Of a DNA stretch of 64,000 nt, positions 24,701 through 35,402 are shown one piece after another. The position numbers and the translations under genes were made by a program. The stretch is from Pachysolen tannophilus NRRL Y-2460. Lineage: Eukaryota. Every line of letters starts with the position of its first letter. Position 1 is the first letter of the stretch. The notes under the pieces are model-generated. The model was not told where the DNA came from and did not search any database. It worked only from the letters and a program-made list of their open reading frames with translations. The stretch spans positions 698,954 through 762,953 of the forward strand of contig KV454014.1 in assembly GCA_001661245.1 (NCBI GenBank), read 5' to 3'.

Positions 24701-24976
24701 TCTGATGCCAAAGGTGATAGTGTTGTTGGTATCAAGTTTGATGGTTCAAGAACTCCAAATTTGTCTGAAACAACAGATTTTGAAATGCATAGTAATTGGA
24801 GAGTCAATGCAGATGAGTTAATTGTTAAAAGTGTCTATGGGTTTTCTAATGGTGCTGGGTGCGGGAAAGTTGTTGTTATCAGTGATGACAAAAATTTGAA
24901 ACTAAGGGCTAATTCTATTTCGTTATATTGTCATAGTAGTAGGTGGTTAACTGGTATGGTTAAAGGTTGTAATTGA
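21767..24976 (+). CDS. ESL1: Est1/SMG5-7-like protein with C-terminal PIN domain (Esl1/Esl2 type)
   Basis: IPRRMWVYG, EKLGDLSRMAIALYP and GHGKIYYH; PIN motifs LDTN, QEL and SDDKNL. Near PCC1, as PCC1-ESL2 are in S. cerevisiae. Confidence 0.85.
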   Translation: MSSSNIPVGTDQANSNNINSGQFTIDYQSHQQKRQNSQSILPSIVKRSTSLNYSPSTSTQVLVPNNSTSSVIGGGGFYTQLPSSLAQTPALHNINTNSNTAVQQHQQQQSSLRKLVSSLNNNNINNINNNNNNNNFTIASKLNPRITTPTPNINFEPPLSPTSRSAAAKSFNQEDTEMSSDINEIPNTASPESFLDPPLQSAPSNQIIEQLQPLQQLTTSNPRTITEEEQILASKLQETYRCIVKLEAECQKGCIDLNSRLFQHDASELSSELWSVYRNIITLLDFYYDFLLYALRPTSAKAGKQIVSIYKIPRRMWVYGIVGFLEVLKNVVTVFIEHEICACFISYAFNIIGCLTDSSLDMEGWWAEKLGDLSRMAIALYPSRYIDWKISSEWWYHVSMKTQYGHGKIYYHMSTVQQDNLDALLNIGKSVSSRDPFVPTSQYLKMVVDNICNQRNILSSVELPIIDFIKIHKILLISNYNENLEMLNIVSHYSRNFGYDPEGLNFFNPEAVDNQPFEKLNFWFQKGGNFALCNINHLIGFGDSRNPFAKLFNLPEALKERKEKKDKKRKSKTSSEISAEDTAQSNEELYTAKELTEENWFELIRFINKGALELSFRMLKEYINGPKQTSFPHVIVWLYFLVAVGESLKEYQSANLLFHCLIKKGFPWMSLIRYLNDVLYEIRTSDQLREIAYYYDSANEAHGNRNKNISPIFENLPEVWKCWGTLWFDSVNPKYDYNNIQEAGVANSVFDLPIGGPRYCSKYEKTRMIRMVLVAKYISDNFSFGLKLSEGYFKFHETNSLIQRLEKERPHFDAYINDARFTGLFERLEDDLLCGPNEIDNLVDNKEFFAKPNQLQMLPHLHTSFFYNSKRFRSLDSSDRDLNIDADDENDNDNENDELRSEEFLDRHTFILKHWFLALDTNIFLKHIGIIYKAVSVSAFKLVIPLVVFQELRSLRRSQDPGVSDAATRAVIAIRQMFSDAKGDSVVGIKFDGSRTPNLSETTDFEMHSNWRVNADELIVKSVYGFSNGAGCGKVVVISDDKNLKLRANSISLYCHSSRWLTGMVKGCN

Positions 24977-25468
24977 TTACATAACGTTATTTTTATATCA
25001 AAAGCAAAAAAAAAAAAAAAAAAAACATGTATTAAGAAAAATTAATTAATAATTGTATAGCAAGTCTTTTTATATTTTTTTTTTTCTTTTTCTTGTTAAT
25101 TATATTGGTACTTACTATGTTTAAAATACCATAAAGTTTTTGCATTTCAAATTATCTTGTGTTATTCAAATTTGGTTTAATTTTTACCTGCTTAATTTAT
25201 TTATGAAAACTATAACTGTATAAACATCACTTTCCTTAAAAAGAGAACTCATGCAGACAATTTATCCGATAAACCGGTGCCTGCTTTTAGGACCAGATTA
25301 AATTCTGTTAACATTTGCCAAAAAAAAAAAAAAAAAGGGTCATTTTATGGTCCATTCTGATTTGAGCATTTATTCACTACTTTTGTGCTTTTTTTGAAAT
25401 TGCAAACTCTTTTGATAAATTGATCACGACCAATTGTTGCTGCTGAAAATTTTTTGGAAATTTAATTT

Positions 25469-25474
25469 TGACTC
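25469..25474 (+). promoter_or_regulatory. Bas1/Gcn4 core site TGACTC upstream of ADE13, just before a TATATAAA element
   Basis: TGACTC about 120 bp upstream of the ATG; typical of yeast purine-biosynthesis promoters. Confidence 0.5.
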
Positions 25475-25591
25475 TGGATAAGCCAATATATATAAAGTAT
25501 ATGAAAGTTTCAATAATTTTCAAATGTTATTTTGTTAGATCTTTTTTTTCAAAAGTTCTAATATCCAAGATAATCAGAAGATAGTCACAAT

Positions 25592-27040
25592 ATGTCAAAC
25601 GATAAGTATGCTACACCTCTTTCATCAAGGTATGCCTCTGATGAGATGAGTGCCGTTTTTTCCTTGAGAAACCGTTTTTCCACATGGAGGAAATTATGGT
25701 TAACTCTTGCTAAAGCTGAAAGGTCATTAGGATTGGATGATGTTATCTCTGAAGAGGCCATTGAGCAAATGGAGAAGCATTTGATCATAACTGATGAAGA
25801 AATTGAAGCAGCCAAGGTTGAAGAGGCCATTGTTAGACATGATGTTATGGCTCATGTTCATGTATTTGGTGAGACTTGTCCTGCTGCAAGTGGTATTATT
25901 CATTTAGGAGCCACTTCATGTTATGTCACTGATAATGCAGATTTAATTTTCCTTAGAGATGCTTATGATATTTTAATTCCAAAATTGGTTAATGTTATAA
26001 ACAGACTTTCAAAATTTGCACTTGCTTATAAAGATTTACCAACTTTAGGATGGACACATTTTCAACCAGCACAATTGACAACTGTAGGAAAAAGAGCTAC
26101 TTTATGGATTCAAGAATTACTTTGGGATTTAAGAAATTTCCAACGTGCTAGAAATGATATTGGTTTAAGAGGTGTTAAAGGTACAACAGGTACTCAAGCT
26201 TCATTTTTATCTTTATTTAAAGGTGATGGTGAAAAAGTTGAAGAATTGGATGAAAAAGTTGTAGAATTATTAGGATTTGAATTTGCTTATCCATGTACTG
26301 GACAAACTTATTCAAGAAAAATTGATATTGATGCATTAGCACCATTATGTTCATTAGGTGCTACTTGTCATAAAATTGCTACTGATATTAGACTTTTAGC
26401 TAATTTAAAAGAATTAGAAGAACCTTTTGAAAAAACACAAATTGGATCTTCACTGATGGCTTATAAGAGAAATCCAATGAGATCAGAAAGAGTATGTTCT
26501 TTATCAAGACATTTAGGTTCATTATTTAATGATTCTTTTCAAACTGCTTCAGTACAATGGTTTGAAAGAACTTTAGATGATTCTGCTATTAGAAGAATTT
26601 CAATTCCTTCTCTGTTTTTAACTGCTGATATTATACTTTCAACTTTATTAAATATTGCTTCAGGTTTAGTTGTTTATCCAAAAGTTATTGAAAGAAGAAT
26701 TAAATCAGAATTACCATTTATGGCTACAGAAAATATTATCATGGCAATGGTTTCAAAAGGTGGTTCAAGACAAGATTGTCATGAACACATTAGAGTCTTA
26801 TCACATCAAGCTGCCTCTGTGGTGAAAGAACAAGGTGGAGATAATGATTTAATTGAACGTATTAAAAAAGAAGAATATTTTGAACCAATTTGGAACAATT
26901 TAGATTCATTATTGGACCCTTCAACTTTTGTTGGAAGAGCACCAGCTCAAACTGAAAAATTCGTTAATAAAACAGTAGCACAGGCATTGGCTCCTTTCCA
27001 ACACTACGTCAATGATAAGGACTCAAAATTAAACGTTTAA
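25592..27040 (+). CDS. ADE13: Adenylosuccinate lyase
   Basis: [32 protein letters not shown] and the fumarase-family signature GSS(A)MAYKRNPM, where the Ala is encoded by CTG. Confidence 0.97.
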   Translation: MSNDKYATPLSSRYASDEMSAVFSLRNRFSTWRKLWLTLAKAERSLGLDDVISEEAIEQMEKHLIITDEEIEAAKVEEAIVRHDVMAHVHVFGETCPAASGIIHLGATSCYVTDNADLIFLRDAYDILIPKLVNVINRLSKFALAYKDLPTLGWTHFQPAQLTTVGKRATLWIQELLWDLRNFQRARNDIGLRGVKGTTGTQASFLSLFKGDGEKVEELDEKVVELLGFEFAYPCTGQTYSRKIDIDALAPLCSLGATCHKIATDIRLLANLKELEEPFEKTQIGSSLMAYKRNPMRSERVCSLSRHLGSLFNDSFQTASVQWFERTLDDSAIRRISIPSLFLTADIILSTLLNIASGLVVYPKVIERRIKSELPFMATENIIMAMVSKGGSRQDCHEHIRVLSHQAASVVKEQGGDNDLIERIKKEEYFEPIWNNLDSLLDPSTFVGRAPAQTEKFVNKTVAQALAPFQHYVNDKDSKLNV

Positions 27041-27316
27041 AAAAAAATTCCAACCAACCCAACCCAACCCAACCCAACAACAACCAAATGATTCTTGGAA
27101 AATTTCACTTTGAAAATGAATTCCTTAAGAAAAGTGGTGCGTGCGTGAAATATCAAAATTTTTCAATTAATTTCAACTTTTTAGCCCTTATACATATCAC
27201 AGCAAACAACGAGTTGCTATTTAAATAGTTTTCTAGTATTTATAATATAATATAATATAACAATAATTTTAATTGATTGATAGTTATCAATTTTTTACAT
27301 GAATTAAAGTTGAATC

Positions 27317-28240
27317 ATGTCAGGTAATCCTCTGGAAAGTTTTATTGTTAGAGAGCGAGTTAATGGTAGCAAGTCTGATGAAGTTAATGGTGTGGACTAT
27401 GCGACAGCTACAGGAACTAATATGGGTAGAAGTAGAATTGCTAGTGGTTCTAATGTTTCACCTGATCCTATTCAACCATCAATTCAATCTAAAGGACCAA
27501 TTGAGCCTGTGGCTCAAGGACTGCCACAAAAGAAAAAACGTCGGAAGTTAAGAAAGATTGATCCAAATAGAAAACCAAAGAAACCAATTGATAAGTATAT
27601 TTGGCTTGCTGGTCATTTTGCTACATTATTTTTTTCACTTGTATATTTTGGTTATTATTTCACTTTTTCATCACGTCGATCAATTATTGCAAAAATTTCA
27701 TATAAAATTGTACTTTTAGGAATCATTTTTGCATATAGTGTCAGCATGAAAAGTACTTTTGGTAAAGTTCCACCTGGATATTTCACTTTATTATCAACAG
27801 ATAATTTCCAATATTTATTATTAAGTTTTGTATGGTTGTTTAATAGGAATTCTGCTTTTAAGATTTTACCTTATTTTATCATTTCAATTTTACAAATATC
27901 AGATCATTTTAAAATCGATGCCATTTTAAAATATGAATTTGAATTCAAATTGATTATTGAATATAACGAATTATTTTTATTTGTTTTATTAACTTTTGAC
28001 ACCTTACTTTGCCGTGGAACGTCAGGATACGCTTTGGTAATGTTTGCACTGTTTTTCTCACTTAAGATCATGTTTAACGATAATATCAGGCAATTTATCT
28101 ATTCTTTTGTAGTTAGATTGGATGGTGTTATGTCAAAACAAAAAAATGAAAAAATTCTTACCTTATGGACTGATATTAAGAATTTCTTAGATAAGAAGAA
28201 AGCATATAATGAAACATTTCTGTTCAAACTGAAAGCATAA
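27317..28240 (+). CDS. TMEM33/Pom33-Per33 family membrane protein
   Basis: WLAGH, SYK...G..AYS, DNFQYLLLS..W and KILPY.I.S motifs with several TM segments; basic N-terminal extension. Confidence 0.65.
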   Translation: MSGNPLESFIVRERVNGSKSDEVNGVDYATATGTNMGRSRIASGSNVSPDPIQPSIQSKGPIEPVAQGLPQKKKRRKLRKIDPNRKPKKPIDKYIWLAGHFATLFFSLVYFGYYFTFSSRRSIIAKISYKIVLLGIIFAYSVSMKSTFGKVPPGYFTLLSTDNFQYLLLSFVWLFNRNSAFKILPYFIISILQISDHFKIDAILKYEFEFKLIIEYNELFLFVLLTFDTLLCRGTSGYALVMFALFFSLKIMFNDNIRQFIYSFVVRLDGVMSKQKNEKILTLWTDIKNFLDKKKAYNETFLFKLKA

Positions 28241-28404
28241 ATAGATATATATATATATATAAATATATATTTATTTAATTAAAAAAAAAAAAAAAAAAAA
28301 AATAAACTTAAGCAAACTGGGATATATATATATATATATAAATAAAAACAAAACTCGTAGTTAAAAACTAAAATAACAATAAATAACGCCAAAGAAGATC
28401 ATAA

Positions 28405-28707
28405 TCAATATTTCGTGTCTCCACCAGCATCACCACCACTACTATCAATATTTTGTTTTGTTTGTAAAAATAAAGAATAAACACTTCCTTTAAATAATGT
28501 GAAAATCAATGAAATCTTAGTCTCTAATATTCTTAAATTCTCCAATAACTGTGTTGAATTTAAATTCTTTAAACTTATCAATTCTTCATTTAATGCCAAT
28601 AACTTATGGAGTAATGTCTGATACTGCGTAAGAACACTAACCTCTAATGATGAAAGTAAATGATTACTCGAATAATCCAGATTAAAACTATGCACCACCG
28701 AACTCAT
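28405..28707 (-). CDS. DAD3: DASH/Dam1 complex subunit Dad3
   Basis: LSSLEVSVLTQYQ.L and LLENLR.LE.KISL.FTLFKGSVYSL. Confidence 0.88.
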   Translation of the reverse strand: MSSVVHSFNLDYSSNHLLSSLEVSVLTQYQTLLHKLLALNEELISLKNLNSTQLLENLRILETKISLIFTLFKGSVYSLFLQTKQNIDSSGGDAGGDTKY

Positions 28708-29074
28708 TTCTATAATATAAACTTATCTATGTCGATCCTCTTATCAATCTGATTATTTATTTATTTATTTATTTAATAAATAAACATTAAAAAAAGAAAG
28801 GTTTTTAAAAAAAATCAAAAATCAAAAAAAAAAAAAAAAAATTACTAAAAATATTTAATTTCACTAAAAAAAATTGTTTCATGTCTTCTAGAATTCTAAT
28901 ATTAAATACCTTCATCGTTGATTTTAGAATTTAAAACTTTTGATTTTATAAAAATTTCCCTTTGGTTTTAATTCTTTGGCTTTTCGAAAGACTTTAGTGT
29001 TGATCATCTTTTTACTTTTTTTTTTTTTTTTGTTTTTAACCTTTTACTTTGGTTTTTGTTATAAAGAGATCATC

Positions 29075-29653
29075 ATGAAGCTTTTCATTAAGAGTAATAA
29101 GAAGTTATTGGTATTTGGGATTCTATTATGCTGTTCTACATTGGCAGTGACGATTTTTTTATCGTTTGGTGCATCGAATGTTGTTTCGAGTCAGTGGCAT
29201 TTGATTTCTTCGGTGAGGCCTCATCTTGATATTAGATCATCCAAGAGAAGTACGTTACTGGTGGAGGCCGAGTATACAAAGAGATTAATACAAAGTGTTA
29301 AGAATTTAAATGTGAAAAATTCAAAGAGACTGGAAGATAAAGATAGTGGGAATAGTGGATCGTCGAATAGTAGTGATACACAATACTCTTCGTCGGCTTC
29401 TGATGATGATGATGATGATAGTTCAACTTCTTTTTCATCGAGCCCTACATCGACATCAAGTTCTAGCTCGAGTTCTAGTTCTAGTTCCAGTTCTAGTTCT
29501 AGTTCTAGTTCAAACACAAGTTCGTCGTCTTCCACATCTTCATCTTCATCTTCTTCAAGTTCAACTTCTTCTTCTTCCTCGTCTTCGTCGAGTTCAAGCA
29601 GCGATAGCTCTAGCACCAGCAGTTCACTGTCATCCTCCTCCTCCTCCTCATCG

Positions 29654-29715
<62 letters not shown>

Positions 29716-30391
29716 GTCCTCAGAGTCGTCCAGCTCTTATATAGCCACCACCACAACAACATCTTCTTCAAGCACATCGTCATCATCATCATCTTCTTCT
29801 TCTTCATCCTCATCATCTCCTTCTTCTTCCTCATCAAGCTCGTCCGCAACTTCTTCCTCTGCCTCCTCATCAAGCGATGCCTCGTCGTCTTTATCATCAA
29901 TAGATACATCCACATTAACATCTGCTACTACATATCTCACATTGTCAACTGATGCTGCTTCGGATCTGGTCACAGTCACTGTGACTTATTTGCCAAGCTC
30001 GTCATCAGCACTGGCTTCACCATCTCTGGCCACAAGTGGTTCCAAATCAACATCGAGCGGATTATCGGCAAAGAATAAACGTATCGTGATTGGGTGTGTT
30101 GTGGGTCTCGGGGTTCCGTTTTTGGCTCTGTTACTGTTCTTGGGTTATTTGTTCATATGGAAGAAAAGAAATGCAAATAGTTTAAGCTCAATGGGATCAT
30201 CAGTCAAAGATGATAAATTAGATACACATAACGATTTCACCATAGGTGATAATATGTCCAATACTGGTGCATTTAATGACTCAAATGAAACTTCACGTCA
30301 TGGTAATGACAAGTCGGGCTATGATGAAGATGAGTTGGAAGGTAATACTTATAGAGGAAATACAAGAGTTACACCATCCACTAATTTTTGA
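29075..30391 (+). CDS. Ser/Thr-rich cell-wall integrity sensor (Mid2/Mtl1 family)
   Basis: N-terminal hydrophobic segment, long poly-Ser ectodomain, GLSAKNKRIVIGCVVGLGVP TM motif and an acidic tail ending STNF. First ATG at 29075. Confidence 0.85.
29654..29714 (+). repeat. (TCA)n trinucleotide microsatellite encoding poly-Ser
   Basis: Uninterrupted TCA run of about 20 units within the Mid2-like CDS. Confidence 0.9.
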
Positions 30392-30743
30392 AAATAAGAA
30401 TAATGAAAAAATTAATTAAAATATAATAAAAATTAAAGAGAAAGAAATTGAAAATTGTGTATTTTTGAAATTATACTTCCTGAAATATAGAGATATCATG
30501 TTAATAATACAAAAGTGAAGAGAAAAGAAAAAAAATTTTGAAATTTATTAAAAGTTTGTGCTTTATAAGATATATATGGTTTTGGTTTATTTATTTTGAA
30601 AAAGAGAAAAAAATATTAAAAAAAGTTACTAGTGATTTTTATATTTAAGTTTATATTATACCCAGCAAATACATCTATTCATTTATATTAGATTTATATT
30701 ATATATACTAAGTGATATAGTTTTAAAAGTTTTAGAAGTAAAT

Positions 30744-32393
30744 TTATACAATCAATAACGTCAATAATGATAATAATATGACAAAAGTCAGGAAAAAAAT
30801 ATTTTTTTGAATTGACTTTGTCAAGGGTAAACTTGTACCCGAATTAAAATCTTGAATACTTTGAGTCGATGAGTATATTGGTGACCCTGATACAGCTACG
30901 GTAAATGAAAAAGAAGTGGAGTTTACCAAAGAAGTGGTGGTATTATCGATGCTTGCAGCTGCTGCAACTGCTGCTTCCCCCATTAGGCCACTAATCGTGG
31001 TACTTATACTACTCGGACTCTTGGTAGAACTTTTTTCAGCAGTATATTCTGCTATTGGAGTTGCTCCAGGTATCGTTGATCCTGTGATTTCTGTAATTGA
31101 AGAAGACAAAGAAGAGTAATTCCAGTTAGCCTGTGCAATTGATAACTCTTTGTTATCTAAATCAAAAATAGTATAGCAAGATCGTAAGAAATAATCTCCA
31201 ACAATGATCAAATCATCTTCGTCTTCCTCCTGAATCTGTATCAGTATGAAGCATAACAGTCTGCCTTCACTATCATAAAAAGCTTCTTGTTGACCATTTC
31301 CATATGGATTCTGAGGATCTATAATAAGTTCATTCTGTGGAACCCGAATTGTTGCACCTTGGAAATCAAAAATCAAATCTGGAATATTTAATTCACTTAA
31401 ATAAGAACAAGTCTGTGCATACAAACCACTATCATTGTTATAAGTGGAATTAGTGTATTCTAAAATAGGTTTTGCAATAGAAGCTGGTATAGTTATTGCA
31501 GTATTTCCACAATCAAATAAGGCATCATATACCAGATTTTCTGTTCCTAAATTCTCGCCATTAAAAGATATCCCGCTAAGTGCAATCATAAATTCTTCTG
31601 TGGAAGTTAAAGGATGAGTAGTTAGATCTCCAATAAATTTTGTATAATCAACAGCTCCAAACAATATACTTCCAGAATAAGAGTACTGATTGTTTAAAAA
31701 TAAAGAGTATACATTTCTGGAAATAACTCCAAGCTCTACTAGTTTTTGAGGTAAATTAAAATAGGTATAATCTTCAAAATCAGTCTGTGATATATTTGCA
31801 TCAGTCAGTTCCAACTCCATAAGCCCAAGTCCAAGAATAGCATTACCATCTTGGTTTGTATTATTTGCAAGACCGAATGACAAATTATAGGCCACTATAT
31901 CGTTTATTTGAACAACGTCGTAACCCCAAGTTCCAGAAGCGGTTGTCCCATCAGAATAATAGTCGTAGAAATATGTATCATTTGAATGGAAGGTAACAGA
32001 ATCAGAAGAGTTAAACATTCCTCCAAAGACTGAACAAAAAACTTCACTGGAAGTAGTCTCATTTGAATATGCGGTATTATCGCTTTCATCATCTATCTTA
32101 TTAAGATATCTTGAAAAACCTGCATCTTGAAGAAATCTCTTTTTTTTTCTACTTTCAACATTGATACAATCAACATCAGAACTAACAACCCATAAATCAG
32201 AAGATCCGGTATCTACTATAACTGTAATATCTTGCAGTGGTGTTCCCAACTTTATATTGCTAACGTAATAAGTCAAATAGTTGTCAATTATTATCTCGCT
32301 ATAATTGACCTTGTTTTTTAACTCTAAATTTAGTGAATAAGAAAAGGTAAACCTTAACAGAAGCATTAAACTTACCATGAAAATTGAAAACAT
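30744..32393 (-). CDS. Secreted/GPI-anchored aspartyl protease (yapsin/Bar1 family)
   Basis: Signal peptide, VDTGSSDLWV, flap Y.DG, GILG-like segment, second site LFDCGNT, IVGDYFLR, a Ser/Thr stalk and a hydrophobic C-terminus. Confidence 0.88.
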   Translation of the reverse strand: MFSIFMVSLMLLLRFTFSYSLNLELKNKVNYSEIIIDNYLTYYVSNIKLGTPLQDITVIVDTGSSDLWVVSSDVDCINVESRKKKRFLQDAGFSRYLNKIDDESDNTAYSNETTSSEVFCSVFGGMFNSSDSVTFHSNDTYFYDYYSDGTTASGTWGYDVVQINDIVAYNLSFGLANNTNQDGNAILGLGLMELELTDANISQTDFEDYTYFNLPQKLVELGVISRNVYSLFLNNQYSYSGSILFGAVDYTKFIGDLTTHPLTSTEEFMIALSGISFNGENLGTENLVYDALFDCGNTAITIPASIAKPILEYTNSTYNNDSGLYAQTCSYLSELNIPDLIFDFQGATIRVPQNELIIDPQNPYGNGQQEAFYDSEGRLLCFILIQIQEEDEDDLIIVGDYFLRSCYTIFDLDNKELSIAQANWNYSSLSSSITEITGSTIPGATPIAEYTAEKSSTKSPSSISTTISGLMGEAAVAAAASIDNTTTSLVNSTSFSFTVAVSGSPIYSSTQSIQDFNSGTSLPLTKSIQKNIFFLTFVILLSLLTLLIV

Positions 32394-32696
32394 TTTTTTG
32401 CTTCAGCTCGATTCAAAGGGGATAGACGAAACCATAAAGCAAAAAATAAAATTTTTGATGAAAGAAGCCTTAGGATATATATAAAGTAAAAAAGCATAGA
32501 AACAAATCAACTTGAGTTGTTTCAGTAATTGCACACAATTAACAACACACAACCAAAACTTTGGTTCTTCAAGCAATTAAATCATGGCTCATTTACTCAT
32601 TTACTCATTTATGAAGAGCTATCAACACTAAACAGAGTTTCTTTCCATTTTTATCCCCAATTGAAAAGTATATGAACTTCAATGTTTAATCCAAAA

Positions 32697-32712
32697 TTTC
32701 CTATTTAGGTTA
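32697..32712. promoter_or_regulatory. Mcm1 (MADS-box) binding site TTTCCTATTTAGGTTA
   Basis: Fits TTWCC-N6(AT-rich)-GGTAA; about 300 bp upstream of the aspartyl protease. Confidence 0.55.
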
Positions 32713-33168
32713 TGATAATAGATACTTGATGGAAAATATCATGCATAATTTTGCATATATCTGCATATAGCCGCAGATACACATTCCTCATGAGTTATAA
32801 AGGTATATTTCATTTGGATAACCTAACCAAATCGAGATCAATATAGAAGCTAAAAGATTCAAAGTAAAACAAATGATGAACTCTTTCATCTTTTTGTTTA
32901 CTATAGCAGTCCATTATCTTTGCGCTTCCCTGATTTCCAAAAAAAAACCAATGTACTTGCTACTTGCTCGATACTGGTCAAGATCTTAAAAAAAAAGACG
33001 GAGAAGTAAAGCCGAAAAAACCGTATATTCTCCTTTTCGGAGAATATATTTTTTATAATTTATAATCTTCTCCTTTTCGGAGAAGCTCTTCAGAAGATAA
33101 CGGTTGGAAGGCTGGCCTGGTCGGTGGGTTTTAAAGGTATTATTTCAGTTGATGTTATCAAAGGTGTG

Positions 33169-33200
<32 letters not shown>

Positions 33201-33224
33201 GTATGTTTTGATTGAGATTGAAGA

Positions 33225-35402
33225 ATGTGTTTTAAAGCTTCTGGAAGCTTGGATCTGTCTGAGAAATTGAAGAAATCCAATGAAAGATCGACTTCTTGTT
33301 TAACTTCTTTATCTTCGTATTTCTTCAAAACCAATAGCAATAAACAACTGCTAACTTCATCAGTTGTCAAACACCACAATGAGCAACTGCAATTAAAATA
33401 TGAACGATTCTTAGCTGAGTATGAAGATTATCAATTGGAATATGAGGATGATAATTTTTTGGATGATCAAGTGACTTTACATAATTTATCTGATGGGAAT
33501 AGTAAGAAAGATATTAAAATTGAAACTTTTGATTCGACCAAGAGATTAAAAGAATTGCGCAAAATCATGATACAGTATGGGATAGGAGTTTACATTATTC
33601 CTTCAGAAGATGAGCATTTGAGTGAGTATACTTCACCAAAGGACAGGAAAAGAGAATATATATCTGGTTTTACTGGATCAGCTGGTATTGCCATTGTCAC
33701 GGTTACCTCTTCTTCCACTTCTTCAACAATAGAAGGCGAGGCTGCTCTTTCTACGGATGGAAGGTACTATCTTCAGCTGGAACAGCAATTAGATGATAAT
33801 TGGACGTTATTGAAACAAACAGTGCCATCTGTACCTTCCTGGCAAAGTTGGACAATAGAAAAAGCACTTAAAAATTCTTTTAGTAAAAAAATTTCTGTCG
33901 ATCCAAAACTTATTTCCTTCAACCTTGGTAATTGGTTTGAGAAAAAATGTCAAGAATTGAATCTTGTATTTGAACCAAAGATGGAAAATTTGATTGATTT
34001 GGTTTGGTCTAATAATGGTGAACTGCCAAGTTTTGAAGATTCAATAGTTTATGAATTACCGTTGAAATATACTGGTATTCATGCAAACGATAAGATTCTG
34101 AAAATTAGATCTATTTTAAAAGAAAATAAGTGCCACTCATTAGTTGTAACTGCATTGGATGATATAGCCTGGTTGCTAAACTTAAGAGCAAATGATATTC
34201 CATATAATCCCGTGTTCTTCTCTTATGTTATATTAACGATTAACGATGTCTTTTGTTATATTAATGATAAGAAAATTGATTCTGAAGCATCAAATTATTT
34301 GTCACAAATTGATGGATTGTCTTTGGCTCCATATGAAAAATTTTGGGAAGAACTACCTGCAAAACTATTATTATCTTCGTCGTTGACTCCTTCAGAAAAG
34401 AAAAAAATTATGTTACCTAAAAATGCAACATATGCATTATTTTCCAATATTCCTACAGTATCGAATGAAATTATTAATAAAGATTTAATATCAGAATTAA
34501 AAGCAATTAAAAATGAAGCTGAAATTGAAGGGGCAAGGCGTGCTCAATTTAAAGATGGGATTGCACTAGCTCGATTTTTTGCATGGTTAGAGTATCAGCT
34601 CATTTTTAAAGGAGAAACCATTGATGAATGGACAGCAGCCGAGAAAAACGAATATTATCGCAGCGTGTTACCAAATTTTAAAGGTTTATCTTTTGATACT
34701 ATTTCATCTTCAGGGAAAAATGCAGCTATTATCCATTACTCTCCTACAAAGGATAATTTTGACATAATAAATCCAAGAGAAATTTATTTATGTGATTCTG
34801 GTGGACATTACCTTGATGGTACCACCGATATTACAAGAACTCTCCATTTTGGCAAACCAACAAAAGAACAAGTGACAAATTACACACTTGTTTTAAAGGG
34901 ACATTTGGGTCTTTGTATGGAAATTTTTCCTGAAGGAACAAACAGTGCCGCAATGGACATATTAGCAAGAACACCTCTCTGGAAACAAGGTTTAAATTAC
35001 AATCATGGTACTGGTCATGGTATAGGTTCATTTCTATGTGTACATGAAGGTCCGATATATATTGGAAGAAATATTGAACTAAAGAAAAATCATTTTATAA
35101 GTGATGAACCAGGTTTTTATAAAGATGGCGAATATGGAATAAGACTTGAATCTGATATTTTGTGTTGTGAAGACAAATCAAAGCAGAAATTTAATGAAAA
35201 GGCTTTCTTAAAATTTGATTATTTAACAAAAGTTCCTTTTTGCAGGAAATTGATTGATAAGAAATTGTTAAGTGATGAAGAAATAAACTGGCTTAATGCG
35301 TATAATCTGCAATTAAGAGAGGATTTAATTCCGTTTTTGGAACAGGAATTCAATGATATAAGAGCTGTTCGGTGGTTACTAAGAGAGACTCAACCTTTAT
35401 AA
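33225..35402 (+). CDS. FRA1: Xaa-Pro aminopeptidase P (M24B)
   Basis: PSEDEHLSEY, ISGFTGSAG, STDGRY, DSGGHYLDGTTDITRT, HGTGHGIG..LCVHEGP and EPGFYKDGEYGIRLE. Confidence 0.9.
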   Translation: MCFKASGSLDLSEKLKKSNERSTSCLTSLSSYFFKTNSNKQLLTSSVVKHHNEQLQLKYERFLAEYEDYQLEYEDDNFLDDQVTLHNLSDGNSKKDIKIETFDSTKRLKELRKIMIQYGIGVYIIPSEDEHLSEYTSPKDRKREYISGFTGSAGIAIVTVTSSSTSSTIEGEAALSTDGRYYLQLEQQLDDNWTLLKQTVPSVPSWQSWTIEKALKNSFSKKISVDPKLISFNLGNWFEKKCQELNLVFEPKMENLIDLVWSNNGELPSFEDSIVYELPLKYTGIHANDKILKIRSILKENKCHSLVVTALDDIAWLLNLRANDIPYNPVFFSYVILTINDVFCYINDKKIDSEASNYLSQIDGLSLAPYEKFWEELPAKLLLSSSLTPSEKKKIMLPKNATYALFSNIPTVSNEIINKDLISELKAIKNEAEIEGARRAQFKDGIALARFFAWLEYQLIFKGETIDEWTAAEKNEYYRSVLPNFKGLSFDTISSSGKNAAIIHYSPTKDNFDIINPREIYLCDSGGHYLDGTTDITRTLHFGKPTKEQVTNYTLVLKGHLGLCMEIFPEGTNSAAMDILARTPLWKQGLNYNHGTGHGIGSFLCVHEGPIYIGRNIELKKNHFISDEPGFYKDGEYGIRLESDILCCEDKSKQKFNEKAFLKFDYLTKVPFCRKLIDKKLLSDEEINWLNAYNLQLREDLIPFLEQEFNDIRAVRWLLRETQPL

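Noticed and set aside
29221..29979. Overlapping poly-His, poly-Met and poly-Glu ORFs
   Set aside because: Alternative-frame shadows of the poly-Ser (TCA/TCT) repeats in the Mid2-like gene.
32873..32933. Possible box C/D snoRNA (ATGATGA…CTGA)
   Set aside because: Only about 61 nt, negligible terminal stem, and no convincing rRNA-complementary guide that I could recognise.
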